Shown piece after piece: positions 17,376 through 32,113 of a DNA stretch of 64,000 nt (position 1 is its first letter; each line of letters begins with the position of its first letter). Where the stretch lies: the NCBI GenBank assembly GCA_963665815.1, contig OY762463.1, positions 3,776,001 through 3,840,000 of the forward strand, in the 5' to 3' direction. The position numbers were made by a program, and so were the translations under genes. The notes under the pieces were generated by a model. It had not been told where the DNA came from, did no database searches, and saw only the letters and a list, made by a program, of their open reading frames with translations. The stretch comes from Candidatus Cloacimonadales bacterium. GTDB taxonomy: Bacteria; Cloacimonadota; Cloacimonadia; Cloacimonadales; JAIOQZ01.

Positions 17376-20300
17376 ATGGGAAAAGTTACAAAAGCTACAC
17401 TGGACGGAAATCAAGCGGCAACACACGTTGCATACGCATTCAGCGATGTCGCTGCGATTTACCCGATTACTCCCTCTTCAGACATGGGGCAGTATGCTGA
17501 TGCCTGGGCTGCAAATGGTAGGAAAAACTTGTTCGGTCAGATTCTCGACGTGGCTGAACTGCAATCAGAAGCCGGCGCGGCAGGAGCTGTTCACGGAGCC
17601 CTCTCAGCAGGTGCACTGACAACAACTTTCACTGCTTCTCAAGGACTCATGCTTATGCTTCCTAACATGCACAAAATCGCAGGGGAAATGCTTCCTGCTG
17701 TTTTCCATGTTTCAGCAAGATCATTAGCATGTCAATCACTCTCAATCTTTGGAGATCATTCAGACGTTATGTCAGCTCGTAATACTGGCTGGGCAATAAT
17801 GGCTGCATCTTCAATCCAGGAAATCATGGACTTAGGTCTTGTATCCCATCTCGCTACATTAAAAGCAAAAATCCCTTTCATGAACTTCTTTGATGGATTC
17901 AGAAACTCACATGAAATTCAGAAAATCGATATGATTGATTATGAAGTGTTCGAAGAAATGCTTGATATGAAATACGTTGAAGATTTCAGAAGTAGAGCAA
18001 TGAATCCGGAAGTACCACGTGTTAAAGTTGGTGCTCAGAATCCTGATGTTTATTTCCAGGGTAGAGAAACTGTTAATAAATATTATGATGCAACACCTGA
18101 AATCGTTAAAGAATATATGGAAGAAGTCTACAAAAAAGTCGGTAGAAAATACAACCTTTTCGATTATGTAGGTGCTCCTGATGCAGATAGAATGATTATT
18201 GCAATGGGATCAGGCTGCGAAACAATCGAACAGACTATTAACTATCTTAACGAGAAAAAAGGAACTAAACTCGGACTTCTCAAAGTTCGTCTTTACCGTC
18301 CATTCTCAGTAAAAGATTTTGTAGAAGCAATTCCGCAATCAGTTAAGAAAATCGCTTGTCTCGACAGAACAAAAGAACCGGGTTCAATTGGCGAACCACT
18401 TTATCTTGACACTGTTGCTGCTCTTAAAGATCGCAAAGATATGCTTATTATCGGTGGTAGATATGGTCTTTCTTCAAAAGAATTCACACCTTCAATGGTA
18501 AAAGCAATTTACGATCACCTTAACGGAGAAGCTTTCCACGGTTTTACAGTAGGTATCGAAGATGACGTTACTTTCAAGTCACTGAAAATAGTTGATCATA
18601 TTGATGCTGCTCCTGAAGGAATGGTAAACTGTAAATTCTGGGGACTCGGATCAGACGGTACAGTAGGAGCTAACAAAAACTCTATCAAAATTATCGGTGA
18701 CAATACTGATATGTATGCTCAGGGTTACTTCCAGTATGATTCAAAGAAATCAGGCGGGATTACAAGATCACACCTCAGATTCGGTAAAAGCAAGATTCAA
18801 TCAGAATATCTTGTACAGAACGCAGATTTCATCGCTGTACACAATCAGGCATTCCTCACACGTTTCGACGTTCTTGAAGGAATCAAAGAAGGTGGAGTAT
18901 TCCTTCTTAACTCTAACTTCCCTAAAGAAGAAGTATTCGAAAACCTTACAGCAGAACAACAGAAAACAATAATTGAAAAGAAAATCAAACTTTATAATAT
19001 AAACGCACTTGAAATTGCCGGAGAAGTTGGTCTCGGACAAAGAATCAACACAGTTATGCAGACAGCATTCTTCCTTATTTCCGGTGTACTTGAACGTGAA
19101 GCGGCAATCGAAATGATTAAGAAAGCAATTCACAAATCATTCATCAAAAAAGGTCAGGAAGTTGTTGATATGAACTGGTCAGCAGTTGATAAAACAAATG
19201 CTGCACTCGTTGAAGTTCCTGTTCCTGCTGCTGTAGCTGAAAAATCAGCTCCAAACGACGTTCTTATTCCAGAAAATTCAGATGATTTCACCAAGAATAT
19301 TATTGAACCTATTATGAGAGAAAAAGGCGATGATATTCCTGTTTCTCAAATGCCGTTTGACGGGTATATTCCATCAGGAACAACAAGACTGGAGAAACGC
19401 GGTGTTGCTCCATTCGTACCTCACTGGATTCCTGAAAGCTGTATTCAGTGTAATCAATGTTCCGTTGTATGTCCTCACGCTGCTATCAGACCAAAACTGA
19501 TAGACAGAGATCTTCTTAAAGATGCTCCTGAAACCTTCACAACCCTTAAAGCAATGGGTAAAGATGGTGAAAAGTATGATTACAAAATTCAGGTTTACAC
19601 AGAAGACTGTCAGTCTTGCGGAAGCTGTGCAAATGTATGCCCTAAGGGTGCACTTGTAATGACTGACGTACAGACAGAAAGAGATAATGGTGAAATTGAT
19701 AACCAGAAGTTCTTCGAAAACCTTCCTGAAGATATCCTCAGTGAAGTTGTTTCCGTAGAATCTGTTAAAGGTTCTCAGTTCAAGCAGCCTCTTATGGAAT
19801 TCTCCGGTGCATGTGCAGGTTGTGGTGAAACTCCATACGTTAAACTTATTACTCAATGGTTTGGCGATAGAATGATCATTGCTAACGCAACAGGTTGTTC
19901 ATCGATCTGGGGTGGTACATTCCCTGCAATTCCTTATTGCAAGAACAAGCACGGACAGGGACCAACCTGGGCGAACTCATTATTCGAAGATAACGCTGAG
20001 TACGGTTTCGGTATGAAACTCGCAGTTGATTCTCACAGAAGACAGCTGATGTATAACATGAAGCTTTACATTGAACTCGGTCTTAATGACGAGATCACAG
20101 CTCTGTTTAACAAAGCTATTGAATTATGGCAGCAGACTTCAGAAGAAGCAAAAGAAAACTCAAGAAAGATTCAGGAGCTTCTTCCAACAATTAAAGCAGA
20201 AGGTGATGCTGCTAAATACCTCAGAAGAGTTATTGAACTCCAGCACAACTTTGTACCTAAGAGTGTCTGGGCGTTCGGTGGTGACGGCTGGGCTTATGAT

Positions 20301-20897
20301 ATTGGCTTTGGCGGTCTTGATCACGTACTTGCTTCAGGCAAAAACATTAATATTCTTGTAATGGATACAGAGGTTTACTCAAATACCGGTGGACAGGCTT
20401 CAAAAGCAACTCCTATCGGATCTGTAGCAAAATTTGCTGAATCAGGAAAACCAACAACCAAGAAAGATCTTGGTATGATGATGATGAGTTACGGCTATGT
20501 TTACGTAGCTTCAGTATCAATGGGCGCAAACAAAGCTCAGATGACTAAAGCTATTCAGGAAGCTGAAGCATATGACGGACCATCAATCATTCTTGCTTAT
20601 GCTCCATGTATCAACCACGGAATTGATATGTCTAACACACAAGCTGAAGAAAAACTTGTTGTGGACACTGGTTACTGGCTGCTTTACAGATACAATCCTG
20701 CTCTTAAGGCTGAAGGTAAAAATCCGTTTACTCTGGATTCAAAAGCTCCAACAAAACCGGTAATAGATGTACTTCAAAATGAAAAACGTTATACTTCTTT
20801 AAGAATGTCATTCCCTGATAAAATTGATGGTTACTGGGCAGCAGCAGATAAGTTTGTAAAAGCTCGTTACGAGCAATACAAGAAAATGTCTGAATAA
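17376..20897 (+). CDS. nifJ: Pyruvate:ferredoxin (flavodoxin) oxidoreductase
   Basis: YPITPSS, QSEAGAAG, two 4Fe-4S motifs, FSGACAGCGE, GGDGWAYDIG. Confidence 0.97.
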   Translation: MGKVTKATLDGNQAATHVAYAFSDVAAIYPITPSSDMGQYADAWAANGRKNLFGQILDVAELQSEAGAAGAVHGALSAGALTTTFTASQGLMLMLPNMHKIAGEMLPAVFHVSARSLACQSLSIFGDHSDVMSARNTGWAIMAASSIQEIMDLGLVSHLATLKAKIPFMNFFDGFRNSHEIQKIDMIDYEVFEEMLDMKYVEDFRSRAMNPEVPRVKVGAQNPDVYFQGRETVNKYYDATPEIVKEYMEEVYKKVGRKYNLFDYVGAPDADRMIIAMGSGCETIEQTINYLNEKKGTKLGLLKVRLYRPFSVKDFVEAIPQSVKKIACLDRTKEPGSIGEPLYLDTVAALKDRKDMLIIGGRYGLSSKEFTPSMVKAIYDHLNGEAFHGFTVGIEDDVTFKSLKIVDHIDAAPEGMVNCKFWGLGSDGTVGANKNSIKIIGDNTDMYAQGYFQYDSKKSGGITRSHLRFGKSKIQSEYLVQNADFIAVHNQAFLTRFDVLEGIKEGGVFLLNSNFPKEEVFENLTAEQQKTIIEKKIKLYNINALEIAGEVGLGQRINTVMQTAFFLISGVLEREAAIEMIKKAIHKSFIKKGQEVVDMNWSAVDKTNAALVEVPVPAAVAEKSAPNDVLIPENSDDFTKNIIEPIMREKGDDIPVSQMPFDGYIPSGTTRLEKRGVAPFVPHWIPESCIQCNQCSVVCPHAAIRPKLIDRDLLKDAPETFTTLKAMGKDGEKYDYKIQVYTEDCQSCGSCANVCPKGALVMTDVQTERDNGEIDNQKFFENLPEDILSEVVSVESVKGSQFKQPLMEFSGACAGCGETPYVKLITQWFGDRMIIANATGCSSIWGGTFPAIPYCKNKHGQGPTWANSLFEDNAEYGFGMKLAVDSHRRQLMYNMKLYIELGLNDEITALFNKAIELWQQTSEEAKENSRKIQELLPTIKAEGDAAKYLRRVIELQHNFVPKSVWAFGGDGWAYDIGFGGLDHVLASGKNINILVMDTEVYSNTGGQASKATPIGSVAKFAESGKPTTKKDLGMMMMSYGYVYVASVSMGANKAQMTKAIQEAEAYDGPSIILAYAPCINHGIDMSNTQAEEKLVVDTGYWLLYRYNPALKAEGKNPFTLDSKAPTKPVIDVLQNEKRYTSLRMSFPDKIDGYWAAADKFVKARYEQYKKMSE

Positions 20898-20973
20898 TAA
20901 ACAGTTAGAAAAAGCTTTACAAAGAATGTCATAGATAAATTTTAAGACTTCATTAAAATACGGAGGTAACAAT

Positions 20974-21243
20974 ATGGCTTTAAGTCTTGAGGCTAAGAAA
21001 GCGATTATGGCAGCGTATGGTCTCCATGATTCCGATACCGGCTCACCTGAAGTTCAGGTTGCTTTGATTTCAGAAAGAATCAAGCAGATTACTGAGCATC
21101 TGAAAATTCATAAGAAAGATTTTCACACGAGACGCGGTTTATTAAAACTGATCGGACAAAGAAGACGTTTACTTGATTATCTGACCAGAAAAGATATTGA
21201 GCGTTATCGTACAGTTATAAAATCGTTAGGACTTAGACGTTAG
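20974..21243 (+). CDS. rpsO: 30S ribosomal protein S15
   Basis: [21 protein letters not shown]. Confidence 0.98.
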   Translation: MALSLEAKKAIMAAYGLHDSDTGSPEVQVALISERIKQITEHLKIHKKDFHTRRGLLKLIGQRRRLLDYLTRKDIERYRTVIKSLGLRR

Positions 21244-21252
21244 TTACGTAAC

Positions 21253-21276
21253 AAGGGGGAAGTTATTCCCCCTTTT
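21253..21276 (+). terminator. Intrinsic terminator after rpsO
   Basis: aaggggga-agtta-ttcccccttt hairpin followed by a U-tract. Confidence 0.75.
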
Positions 21277-21289
21277 ATCTCATTAATAC

Positions 21290-21358
21290 AAGCAGAGAAT
21301 TTGAGCAATACGCTAAAGACATTAACTTGTTTTCAGCCTATTGCTTACATCTCTGCTT
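21290..21358 (+). promoter_or_regulatory. Long stem-loop in the pnp leader (candidate RNase III site)
   Basis: aagcagaga/tctctgctt and agcaata/tattgct nested stems. Confidence 0.6.
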
Positions 21359-21392
21359 ATAATACAAAAACACTAAAAAAAAAAGAGGGAAA

Positions 21393-25098
<3,706 letters not shown>

Positions 25099-25190
25099 TG
25101 TTAATATGCTGTAAAAAAAAACTTGCCATATTTAAGGTAGATTTTAGGTTTCCGTTTGGAAAAATAAATAATCGATATTTGGAGGAATAA

Positions 25191-26486
25191 ATGTCATTAA
25201 TTGACAAAATTAAGGATAAAACTTCGTTTGTTGCCATTATTGGTTTAGGTTACGTTGGATTACCAATGGCAGTAACTGTTGCCAGAAAGGGATTCAATGT
25301 ACTTGGAATTGATGTTAGTAAAAGATGTGTAGACGCTGTTAATGCAGGACAAAACTATATTGGTGATGTTGATGATGCCGAACTGAAAGAACTTGTAGAA
25401 AAAGAAATGATAAAAGCAACAACAGATTACTCTGAAATTAAAGACGCTGATGTTGTAATGATTGCAGTTCCTACTCCACTTGATAAATTCCAGCAACCGG
25501 ATTCTTCATATATTGAAAAATCAATTGAATCAATGAAGGATTATATTAAAGAAGGTGCTCTTATTGTTCTTGAAAGTACAACATATCCTGGCACAACAAG
25601 GGAGATAATCGCTCCTGCTTTCAAAGAAAAATTTGAAATTGGGAAAAGCATTTTTATAGCGTTTTCTCCTGAGAGAGTTGATCCGGGTAATCTTCAGTAT
25701 AAAACTCATAATACACCTAAAGTTGTTGGTGGAATGACTGAGAAATGTAATGAAATCTCCAAGGTTTTTTACGAAAATGTACTTGATGCAGAAGTATATC
25801 TTGTATCATCACCAGATATTGCTGAGATGGAAAAGATTTACGAAAATACATTCAGAAATATTAACATTGCTCTTGCTAATGAAATGACAATACTGTGTGA
25901 TAGAATGGGAATTAATATCTGGGAAGTTATTAATGCAGCAAAGACAAAACCTTATGGTTTTATGGCATTCTACCCGGGACCTGGCGTTGGTGGACACTGT
26001 ATTCCTATTGACCCGTTCTACCTTACATGGAAAGCAAGAGAGTTTAATTATCATACAAGACTTATTGAACTCGCAGGTGAGATAAACGTTGCAATGCCTG
26101 AATTTGTTGTAAACAAAGCACTCAAGCTTCTGAACAAGAAAGGAAAAGCATTATCACAATCTAAAGTTCTTCTTCTTGGAGCAGCTTATAAAAAAGATAT
26201 TGAGGATATGAGAGAATCTCCAATTATGGAAGTCATTCTTGAGCTTGAAGAAATGAATGCTGATTTTGATTATCATGATCCTTTCGTTCCTGAATTCCAC
26301 AATGAACTTAATGATAAGAAGTATAAATCTGTTGGACTTGAAAATATCAGTGAATATGATATTGTAATCATAATTACTGATCATACTACTGTGAATTATC
26401 AGGAAATAGCTGATAAAGCTCAGCTTATTCTTGATACAAGAAATGCAACAAAAGAAATTTCAGCAGATAATATAGTATTATTATAA
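25191..26486 (+). CDS. Nucleotide-sugar dehydrogenase (UDP-GlcNAc 6-dehydrogenase, WbpA-like)
   Basis: GLGYVG, ESTTYPG, SPERVDPG, GGHCIPIDP. Confidence 0.88.
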   Translation: MSLIDKIKDKTSFVAIIGLGYVGLPMAVTVARKGFNVLGIDVSKRCVDAVNAGQNYIGDVDDAELKELVEKEMIKATTDYSEIKDADVVMIAVPTPLDKFQQPDSSYIEKSIESMKDYIKEGALIVLESTTYPGTTREIIAPAFKEKFEIGKSIFIAFSPERVDPGNLQYKTHNTPKVVGGMTEKCNEISKVFYENVLDAEVYLVSSPDIAEMEKIYENTFRNINIALANEMTILCDRMGINIWEVINAAKTKPYGFMAFYPGPGVGGHCIPIDPFYLTWKAREFNYHTRLIELAGEINVAMPEFVVNKALKLLNKKGKALSQSKVLLLGAAYKKDIEDMRESPIMEVILELEEMNADFDYHDPFVPEFHNELNDKKYKSVGLENISEYDIVIIITDHTTVNYQEIADKAQLILDTRNATKEISADNIVLL

Positions 26487-26509
26487 TAAATAATATGCAT
26501 TTTAACACG

Positions 26510-26553
26510 AAAAGAGTTCCTGATGTCATCCAGAATGTCGGGAACTTTTTTTT
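26510..26553 (+). terminator. Intrinsic terminator
   Basis: agttcctga...tcgggaact followed by a long T-tract. Confidence 0.7.
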
Positions 26554-26565
26554 ACAAGACACAGG

Positions 26566-27552
26566 ATGGGAATCATGAATGAAACTCCAAACTCCGGACC
26601 TGTTCCGGTTAAATTGAAGATTAGTGGAAAGAAAATTTTACTGATTTTAGTTGCAGTAGTTGTTTTAATATTGTTTTCTACAGGATTATATGTTATTAAT
26701 CCAGAAGAGGTTGGTGTGATTCAAAGATTTGGAAAATATTTGAAGACTTCCCAACCGGGATTGAACTTCAAGATACCTTTTGGTGTGGATAAACTTACAA
26801 AAGTTGAAGTAAGAAGAGTTTTAAAAGAAGAATTTGGTTTCCGCACAATTGCAGCGGGAGTTAAATCAAAGTTTTCCCAAAAAGAATATGATAATGAATC
26901 AATTATGCTTACCGGGGACTTGAACATTGCTGATGTTGAGTGGATTATTCAATATAGAATAAAAGATCCACAGAAATACTTATTTAATGTCAGAAATGTT
27001 CGCGAAACACTGCGGGATGTTACAGAGTCAACTGCAAGACAGATTGTAGGTGACAGAAGTGTTGATGAAGTTATTGTACTAAGCAGAAAAGACATAGCTT
27101 ATGAAATAGAGACTTTAATTCAGGATATATTACAGAAATATAATACCGGTATTGAAGTAGTTAAAATTAATCTTCAAAATGTTAATCCTCCCCAACCTGT
27201 ACAGAAAGCATTTAACGATGTGAACTCTGCTAAGCAGGAAGAAGAGAAAATTGTGAATCAAGCTCTTCAAAAGTATAATCAGATTATTCCTGAAGCTCGT
27301 GGTAAAGCAAAGAGAACTATTGAAGAAGCAGAAGGTTATGCTGTCAATAGAATCAACAGAGCAGAAGGTGATGCAAATCGTTTCAACTCCGTATGGAAAG
27401 AATACAATAAAGCGAAAACCGTTACCAAGAGCAGGCTCTATATCGAATCTATGGAAAAAGTGTTAAATAAAACCGATAAGGTTTATATAATTGATGAAAA
27501 GGTTAAGAGCTTCCTTCCACTTCTGAATATTAATCAGGGAGGTGAAAAATGA
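26566..27552 (+). CDS. hflK: FtsH modulator HflK
   Basis: SPFH domain, MLTGDLN, AFNDV, AEGDA.RF, RLYIE. Confidence 0.9.
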   Translation: MGIMNETPNSGPVPVKLKISGKKILLILVAVVVLILFSTGLYVINPEEVGVIQRFGKYLKTSQPGLNFKIPFGVDKLTKVEVRRVLKEEFGFRTIAAGVKSKFSQKEYDNESIMLTGDLNIADVEWIIQYRIKDPQKYLFNVRNVRETLRDVTESTARQIVGDRSVDEVIVLSRKDIAYEIETLIQDILQKYNTGIEVVKINLQNVNPPQPVQKAFNDVNSAKQEEEKIVNQALQKYNQIIPEARGKAKRTIEEAEGYAVNRINRAEGDANRFNSVWKEYNKAKTVTKSRLYIESMEKVLNKTDKVYIIDEKVKSFLPLLNINQGGEK

Positions 27553-28478
27553 GAAGATCTCCAGTAGCTATTCTAATAATTGTAGCCATTATCATTATTG
27601 CAAATGGACTTTACATTGTTGATGAAACCAAGCAAGTTATCATTACTCAATTTGGTAAACCGGTTGGTGAAGCTATTACAAGTGCCGGTCTCAAGTTTAA
27701 ACTCCCATTTATACAAAAAGCAAATTTCTTTGAAAAACGCGTTCTTGAGTGGGATGGAGAACCTAAACAGATTCCAACATCTGATAAAAAATATCTCTGG
27801 GTAGACACATTCGCTAGATGGAGAATAGATGATCCTTTACTTTTCTTCCAGACAATGAGGGATGAAAATTCTGCACATGGTCGACTTGATGATATTATTT
27901 CAGGAACAACCAGAGATATTATTTCATTAAATCTTCTTATTGAAGTGGTTCGAAACTCAAACAGAACCATGGAATTCACAGAGGATTATGATCCTTCACT
28001 TGATGAAGTCATTAGAGCAGAAATCATGCATGGAAGATCAGGAATTGCAGATAATATTCTGGAACAATCTAAACCGGCAGTTGCAAAATATGGAATTGAG
28101 CTGATTGATGTAAGGATTAAAAGAGTAAATTACATTGATGATGTAAGAAGAAAAGTATTTGAAAGAATGATATCCGAAAGACAGAAAATTGCTGCAAAAT
28201 ACAGGTCTGCCGGACAGGGAAAAGCTGCCGAAGTTCTTGGTAAGATGCAGCGTGAGCTGGATCAGATTCAATCCGAAGCATATAGAACAGCTCAGGAAGT
28301 TAAAGGTAGGGCAGATGCCAAAGCTACAGCTCTGTACGCTAAATCATATAGTAAAGATCCTGAGTTTTACAGATTTATGAAAACTCTTGAAACCTATGAA
28401 AAAACAATAAAAAAAGATGACACATTAATCCTTTCTACAGATGGTGACTACTTCAAGTATCTGAAGAAAGGTAAATAA
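27549..28478 (+). CDS. hflC: FtsH modulator HflC
   Basis: QFGKP, RMISER, DPEFYRF; overlaps the hflK stop. Confidence 0.92.
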   Translation: MRRSPVAILIIVAIIIIANGLYIVDETKQVIITQFGKPVGEAITSAGLKFKLPFIQKANFFEKRVLEWDGEPKQIPTSDKKYLWVDTFARWRIDDPLLFFQTMRDENSAHGRLDDIISGTTRDIISLNLLIEVVRNSNRTMEFTEDYDPSLDEVIRAEIMHGRSGIADNILEQSKPAVAKYGIELIDVRIKRVNYIDDVRRKVFERMISERQKIAAKYRSAGQGKAAEVLGKMQRELDQIQSEAYRTAQEVKGRADAKATALYAKSYSKDPEFYRFMKTLETYEKTIKKDDTLILSTDGDYFKYLKKGK

Positions 28479-28505
28479 AATCGAAAAAATTCCAAAGGGG
28501 GAATC

Positions 28506-29834
28506 ATGAATATTGTCGTTATTGGATCAGGCTACGTTGGACTTGTTACAGGAACTTGCTTTGCAGAAGTTGGTAATAATGTAATCTGCGTTGACAATAA
28601 TAAAGAAAAGATTGATAAACTCAATAACGGTATAATACCAATATACGAGCCAGGTTTGGAAAGACTCGTTGAAAGAAATGTTAAAGAAGGAAGATTGACT
28701 TTCACAACAGATATTAAAGATGCTGTTGAGAAATCTTTAATATGCTTCATTGCAGTTGGAACTCCTCCTGATGAAGATGGCTCTGCTGATCTTCAATATG
28801 TTGTTGCAGTAGCAGAAGATATCGCTAAGTATATGAATGAATATAAGATTGTAATTGATAAGTCTACAGTACCAATTGGAACTGCAGATATGGTATCAGA
28901 TAAGATTAAAGCTGTTCTTGCCGAAAGAAATGCAAACTTTGAATTTGATGTTGTTTCAAATCCAGAATTCCTTAAAGAAGGTGCTGCAATTGATGATTTC
29001 ATGAAACCGGACAGAGTTGTTATCGGAACAGATAACGTAAGAGTCGGTGAAATTATGAGACTGCTCTATGCTCCTTTCAACAGATCGTCTGACAGGGTTA
29101 TTATCATGTCTATCAGATCTGCTGAGATGACAAAGTATGCTGCTAATTCCATGCTTGCAACAAAGATTTCATTCATGAATGAAATTGCAAAACTTTGTGA
29201 AAAAATGGGTGCAGATGTATCAGATGTACGACATGGTATTGGTTCTGATACCAGAATCGGATACAAATTTATATATCCCGGAGTAGGTTATGGCGGAAGC
29301 TGTTTCCCAAAAGATGTAAAAGCTCTTATCAAAATGGCTACCAAAGCAGGCGTTGAACCAACACTTCTTAATGCTGTTGAAAGTGTTAATGATATCCAGA
29401 AAAAACTCTTAGCTGAAAAAGTTGTAAAACATTTCGGTGAGGATCTCAGTGGGCTTGTATTTGGTCTCTGGGGATTATCATTTAAACCTGAAACAGATGA
29501 TATGAGAGAAGCTCCGGCAATAGTTATTATTAATGAACTTATCAAACGCGGAGCAAAAATTCAGGCATTCGATCCTGAAGCAATGACAGAATCAAAACGG
29601 ATTTTCGGTGAAAACGAATCAATAGTATATTGTGAAAGCGAGTATAAAGCAATTGAAAACGCTGATGCTCTTCTTCTTGTTACTGAGTGGTTCCAGTTCA
29701 GGCATCCTGATTTTGATAAAATCAAGTCTCTGCTTCGTCAGCCTGTTGTGTTTGACGGTAGAAATCAGTATTCACCTGAAAAACTCACTGAAATGGGCTT
29801 TGAATACTATGCAATCGGAAGAGGCAAAGTATAA
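28506..29834 (+). CDS. ugd: UDP-glucose 6-dehydrogenase
   Basis: [30 protein letters not shown]. Confidence 0.92.
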   Translation: MNIVVIGSGYVGLVTGTCFAEVGNNVICVDNNKEKIDKLNNGIIPIYEPGLERLVERNVKEGRLTFTTDIKDAVEKSLICFIAVGTPPDEDGSADLQYVVAVAEDIAKYMNEYKIVIDKSTVPIGTADMVSDKIKAVLAERNANFEFDVVSNPEFLKEGAAIDDFMKPDRVVIGTDNVRVGEIMRLLYAPFNRSSDRVIIMSIRSAEMTKYAANSMLATKISFMNEIAKLCEKMGADVSDVRHGIGSDTRIGYKFIYPGVGYGGSCFPKDVKALIKMATKAGVEPTLLNAVESVNDIQKKLLAEKVVKHFGEDLSGLVFGLWGLSFKPETDDMREAPAIVIINELIKRGAKIQAFDPEAMTESKRIFGENESIVYCESEYKAIENADALLLVTEWFQFRHPDFDKIKSLLRQPVVFDGRNQYSPEKLTEMGFEYYAIGRGKV

Positions 29835-29842
29835 AATACAAA

Positions 29843-30340
29843 ATGAGTAATTCAGATCAAGATATTTACTGGATGAAGAAAGCCCTTGCTATTGCGGAAA
29901 AGGGTTTCCAATCAGGGAATATTCCTGTTGGAGCTGTTCTTGTTAAGGACAACCAACTGATCGCACAAGCTCATAATCTAAAAGAAAATGTTCTGCAGCA
30001 TGCAGAAAAAATAGTTGTTGAGAGTGTAATTGCTGAAGGAGAGAAATACCTTTACGATTACACTCTCTATGTTACTGTTGAACCATGCAGTATGTGTGCC
30101 GGTATAATTGTCTGGAGTCGTGTTGGCAGGCTTGTTATTGGGGCTCAAGATACTAAAGCCGGAGCATGTGGTTCTGTATATAACATTCCGGAAGACAGAC
30201 AACTTAATCATAATCCGGAAGTAGTAAGAGGTGTTTTAAAAGAAGAATGCTCTCATTTGATGAGTGAATTTTTCAGGGAAAAGAGAAAAGAACGGAGAGA
30301 TGCCGGAGCGGTTGAACGGGGTGGTCTCGAAAACCATTGA
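29843..30340 (+). CDS. tadA: tRNA adenosine deaminase TadA-like
   Basis: PVGAV, HAE, EPCSMC, GACGS, FF..KR C-terminal helix. Confidence 0.85.
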   Translation: MSNSDQDIYWMKKALAIAEKGFQSGNIPVGAVLVKDNQLIAQAHNLKENVLQHAEKIVVESVIAEGEKYLYDYTLYVTVEPCSMCAGIIVWSRVGRLVIGAQDTKAGACGSVYNIPEDRQLNHNPEVVRGVLKEECSHLMSEFFREKRKERRDAGAVERGGLENH

Positions 30341-30383
30341 TCCAGCGATGGGTCCCAGGGTTCGAATCCCTGTCTCTCCGCCA
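30294..30383 (+). tRNA. tRNA-Ser (CGA)
   Basis: GGAGAGA/TCTCTCC acceptor stem, anticodon loop CT-CGA-AA, long variable arm, GTTCGAATCC, G-CCA end. Confidence 0.93.
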
Positions 30384-30638
30384 TATATTTTAAAATCATT
30401 TTTTTTGCAATTTATAGATTAGCAGGTGAAGAATATTTTTATGTGTACCGATGAGATTCTTGATTTCACCAGAAAACTTCCTATAGATGCATATTTTAGT
30501 CAGAATTCGATGAATACTAAAATCGAGTCAATAACCCTATTTTGCAAAGGTATCTTTACTTTGAACTTAATCACCCATAAACACTTGACAAAATACGAGC
30601 TGATGAGAAGTTGAATCGAAACAAATTTTGGAGTACTC

Positions 30639-32102
30639 ATGAAAAAGGAATTTAAAAAAGGTTATACATTCGATGATCTCCTGCTTGTTCCACAGGAATC
30701 TGAAGTTTTACCTGCTTCGGTTAAACTTCACACCAATCTGACTAAGAATGTCAGACTAAATATACCTATTGTCAGTGCAGCCATGGACACTGTTACAGAG
30801 CATGATATGGCAATAGCTCTTGCTAAAGAGGGTGGTATTGGAATAGTACATAAGAATTTATCCATTGAAAATCAAGCAGCAGAAGTTAAAAGAGTAAAAC
30901 GCTACGAAAGTGGTGTTATCGGTAATCCGGTAACTCTTCCACCAAAAGCTACAATTGCAGAAGCTTTACACATGAAAAGTCAGTATGACATTGGCGGATT
31001 TCCAGTTGTAAAGGACAATAAGCTTATAGGAATTCTTACAAACAGAGATATACGATTTGCTACTGACAAAACAGTAACAGTTGAAACTCTGATGACTCCA
31101 AAAGAAAAGCTGGTTACTGCAAAGCAGAATACTTCACTTGAGGAAGCGAAAAAGATTCTTCATAAGCATAGAATTGAGAAACTTCCAATTGTAAATGACA
31201 ATGATGAGCTTGTTGGACTAATTACTGTAAAAGATATGGAAAAAGATATTTCCTTTCCGAATGCAGCGAAGGATTCAAAAGGCAGACTTCTTGTAGGTGC
31301 AGCTATTGGTGTTACTGGAGATTTCCTTGAAAGAGCTCAGGAACTTGCTGCAGCAAAAGCTGACGTAATTGTCATTGATACGGCCCATGGACATCACATG
31401 CATATTTTCAATGCTATAGCAAAGATCAAGGCTAATCTGGATATTGATATTATTGCCGGAAATATTGCTACTGGAGCTGCAGCTCAGAAACTTGCTGATG
31501 CAGGAGTTGACGGTATAAAAGTAGGTATTGGTCCGGGGTCAATCTGTACAACAAGAGTAGTTGCAGGTGTAGGTGTTCCTCAGCTTACAGCAATTATGGA
31601 TGCTTATGAAATTGCTGCCAGATATGGGATTCCGGTTATTGCTGATGGCGGTATTAAATTTTCAGGTGATATCGTTAAGGCTATTGCAGCCGGAGCACAA
31701 AGCGTAATGCTTGGTTCCATGCTTGCCGGAACAGAAGAATCTCCAGGGGAATCAGTGATCTACAATGGTAGAAGATTCAAAGTATACAGAGGTATGGGAT
31801 CAATCGGTGCTATGAAGCGCGGAAGTAAGGATCGATATTTCCAATACGATGATGATGAAAAGAAACTCGTTGCGGAAGGTATAGAAGGAATGACTCCTTA
31901 TAAAGGGCATCTCAAAGATTTTGTTTATCAGATTCTTGGTGGACTGAGAGCAGGAATGGGATATTGCGGTGCAGATACAATCGTTCAGTTAAGAGAAAAT
32001 GCTGAGTTTGTAGAAATCAGTTCTGCAGGCTTGAAAGAAAGTCACCCGCATGATGTTACAATAACAAAAGAAGCACCTAATTATCAATACAGGGATGTAT
32101 AA
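30639..32102 (+). CDS. guaB: IMP dehydrogenase (with CBS pair)
   Basis: [30 protein letters not shown]. Confidence 0.98.
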   Translation: MKKEFKKGYTFDDLLLVPQESEVLPASVKLHTNLTKNVRLNIPIVSAAMDTVTEHDMAIALAKEGGIGIVHKNLSIENQAAEVKRVKRYESGVIGNPVTLPPKATIAEALHMKSQYDIGGFPVVKDNKLIGILTNRDIRFATDKTVTVETLMTPKEKLVTAKQNTSLEEAKKILHKHRIEKLPIVNDNDELVGLITVKDMEKDISFPNAAKDSKGRLLVGAAIGVTGDFLERAQELAAAKADVIVIDTAHGHHMHIFNAIAKIKANLDIDIIAGNIATGAAAQKLADAGVDGIKVGIGPGSICTTRVVAGVGVPQLTAIMDAYEIAARYGIPVIADGGIKFSGDIVKAIAAGAQSVMLGSMLAGTEESPGESVIYNGRRFKVYRGMGSIGAMKRGSKDRYFQYDDDEKKLVAEGIEGMTPYKGHLKDFVYQILGGLRAGMGYCGADTIVQLRENAEFVEISSAGLKESHPHDVTITKEAPNYQYRDV

Positions 32103-32113
32103 ACTGATTTAGT

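Noticed and set aside
30426..30614. 62-aa ORF upstream of guaB
   Set aside because: No recognisable motif and it overlaps the likely guaB promoter.
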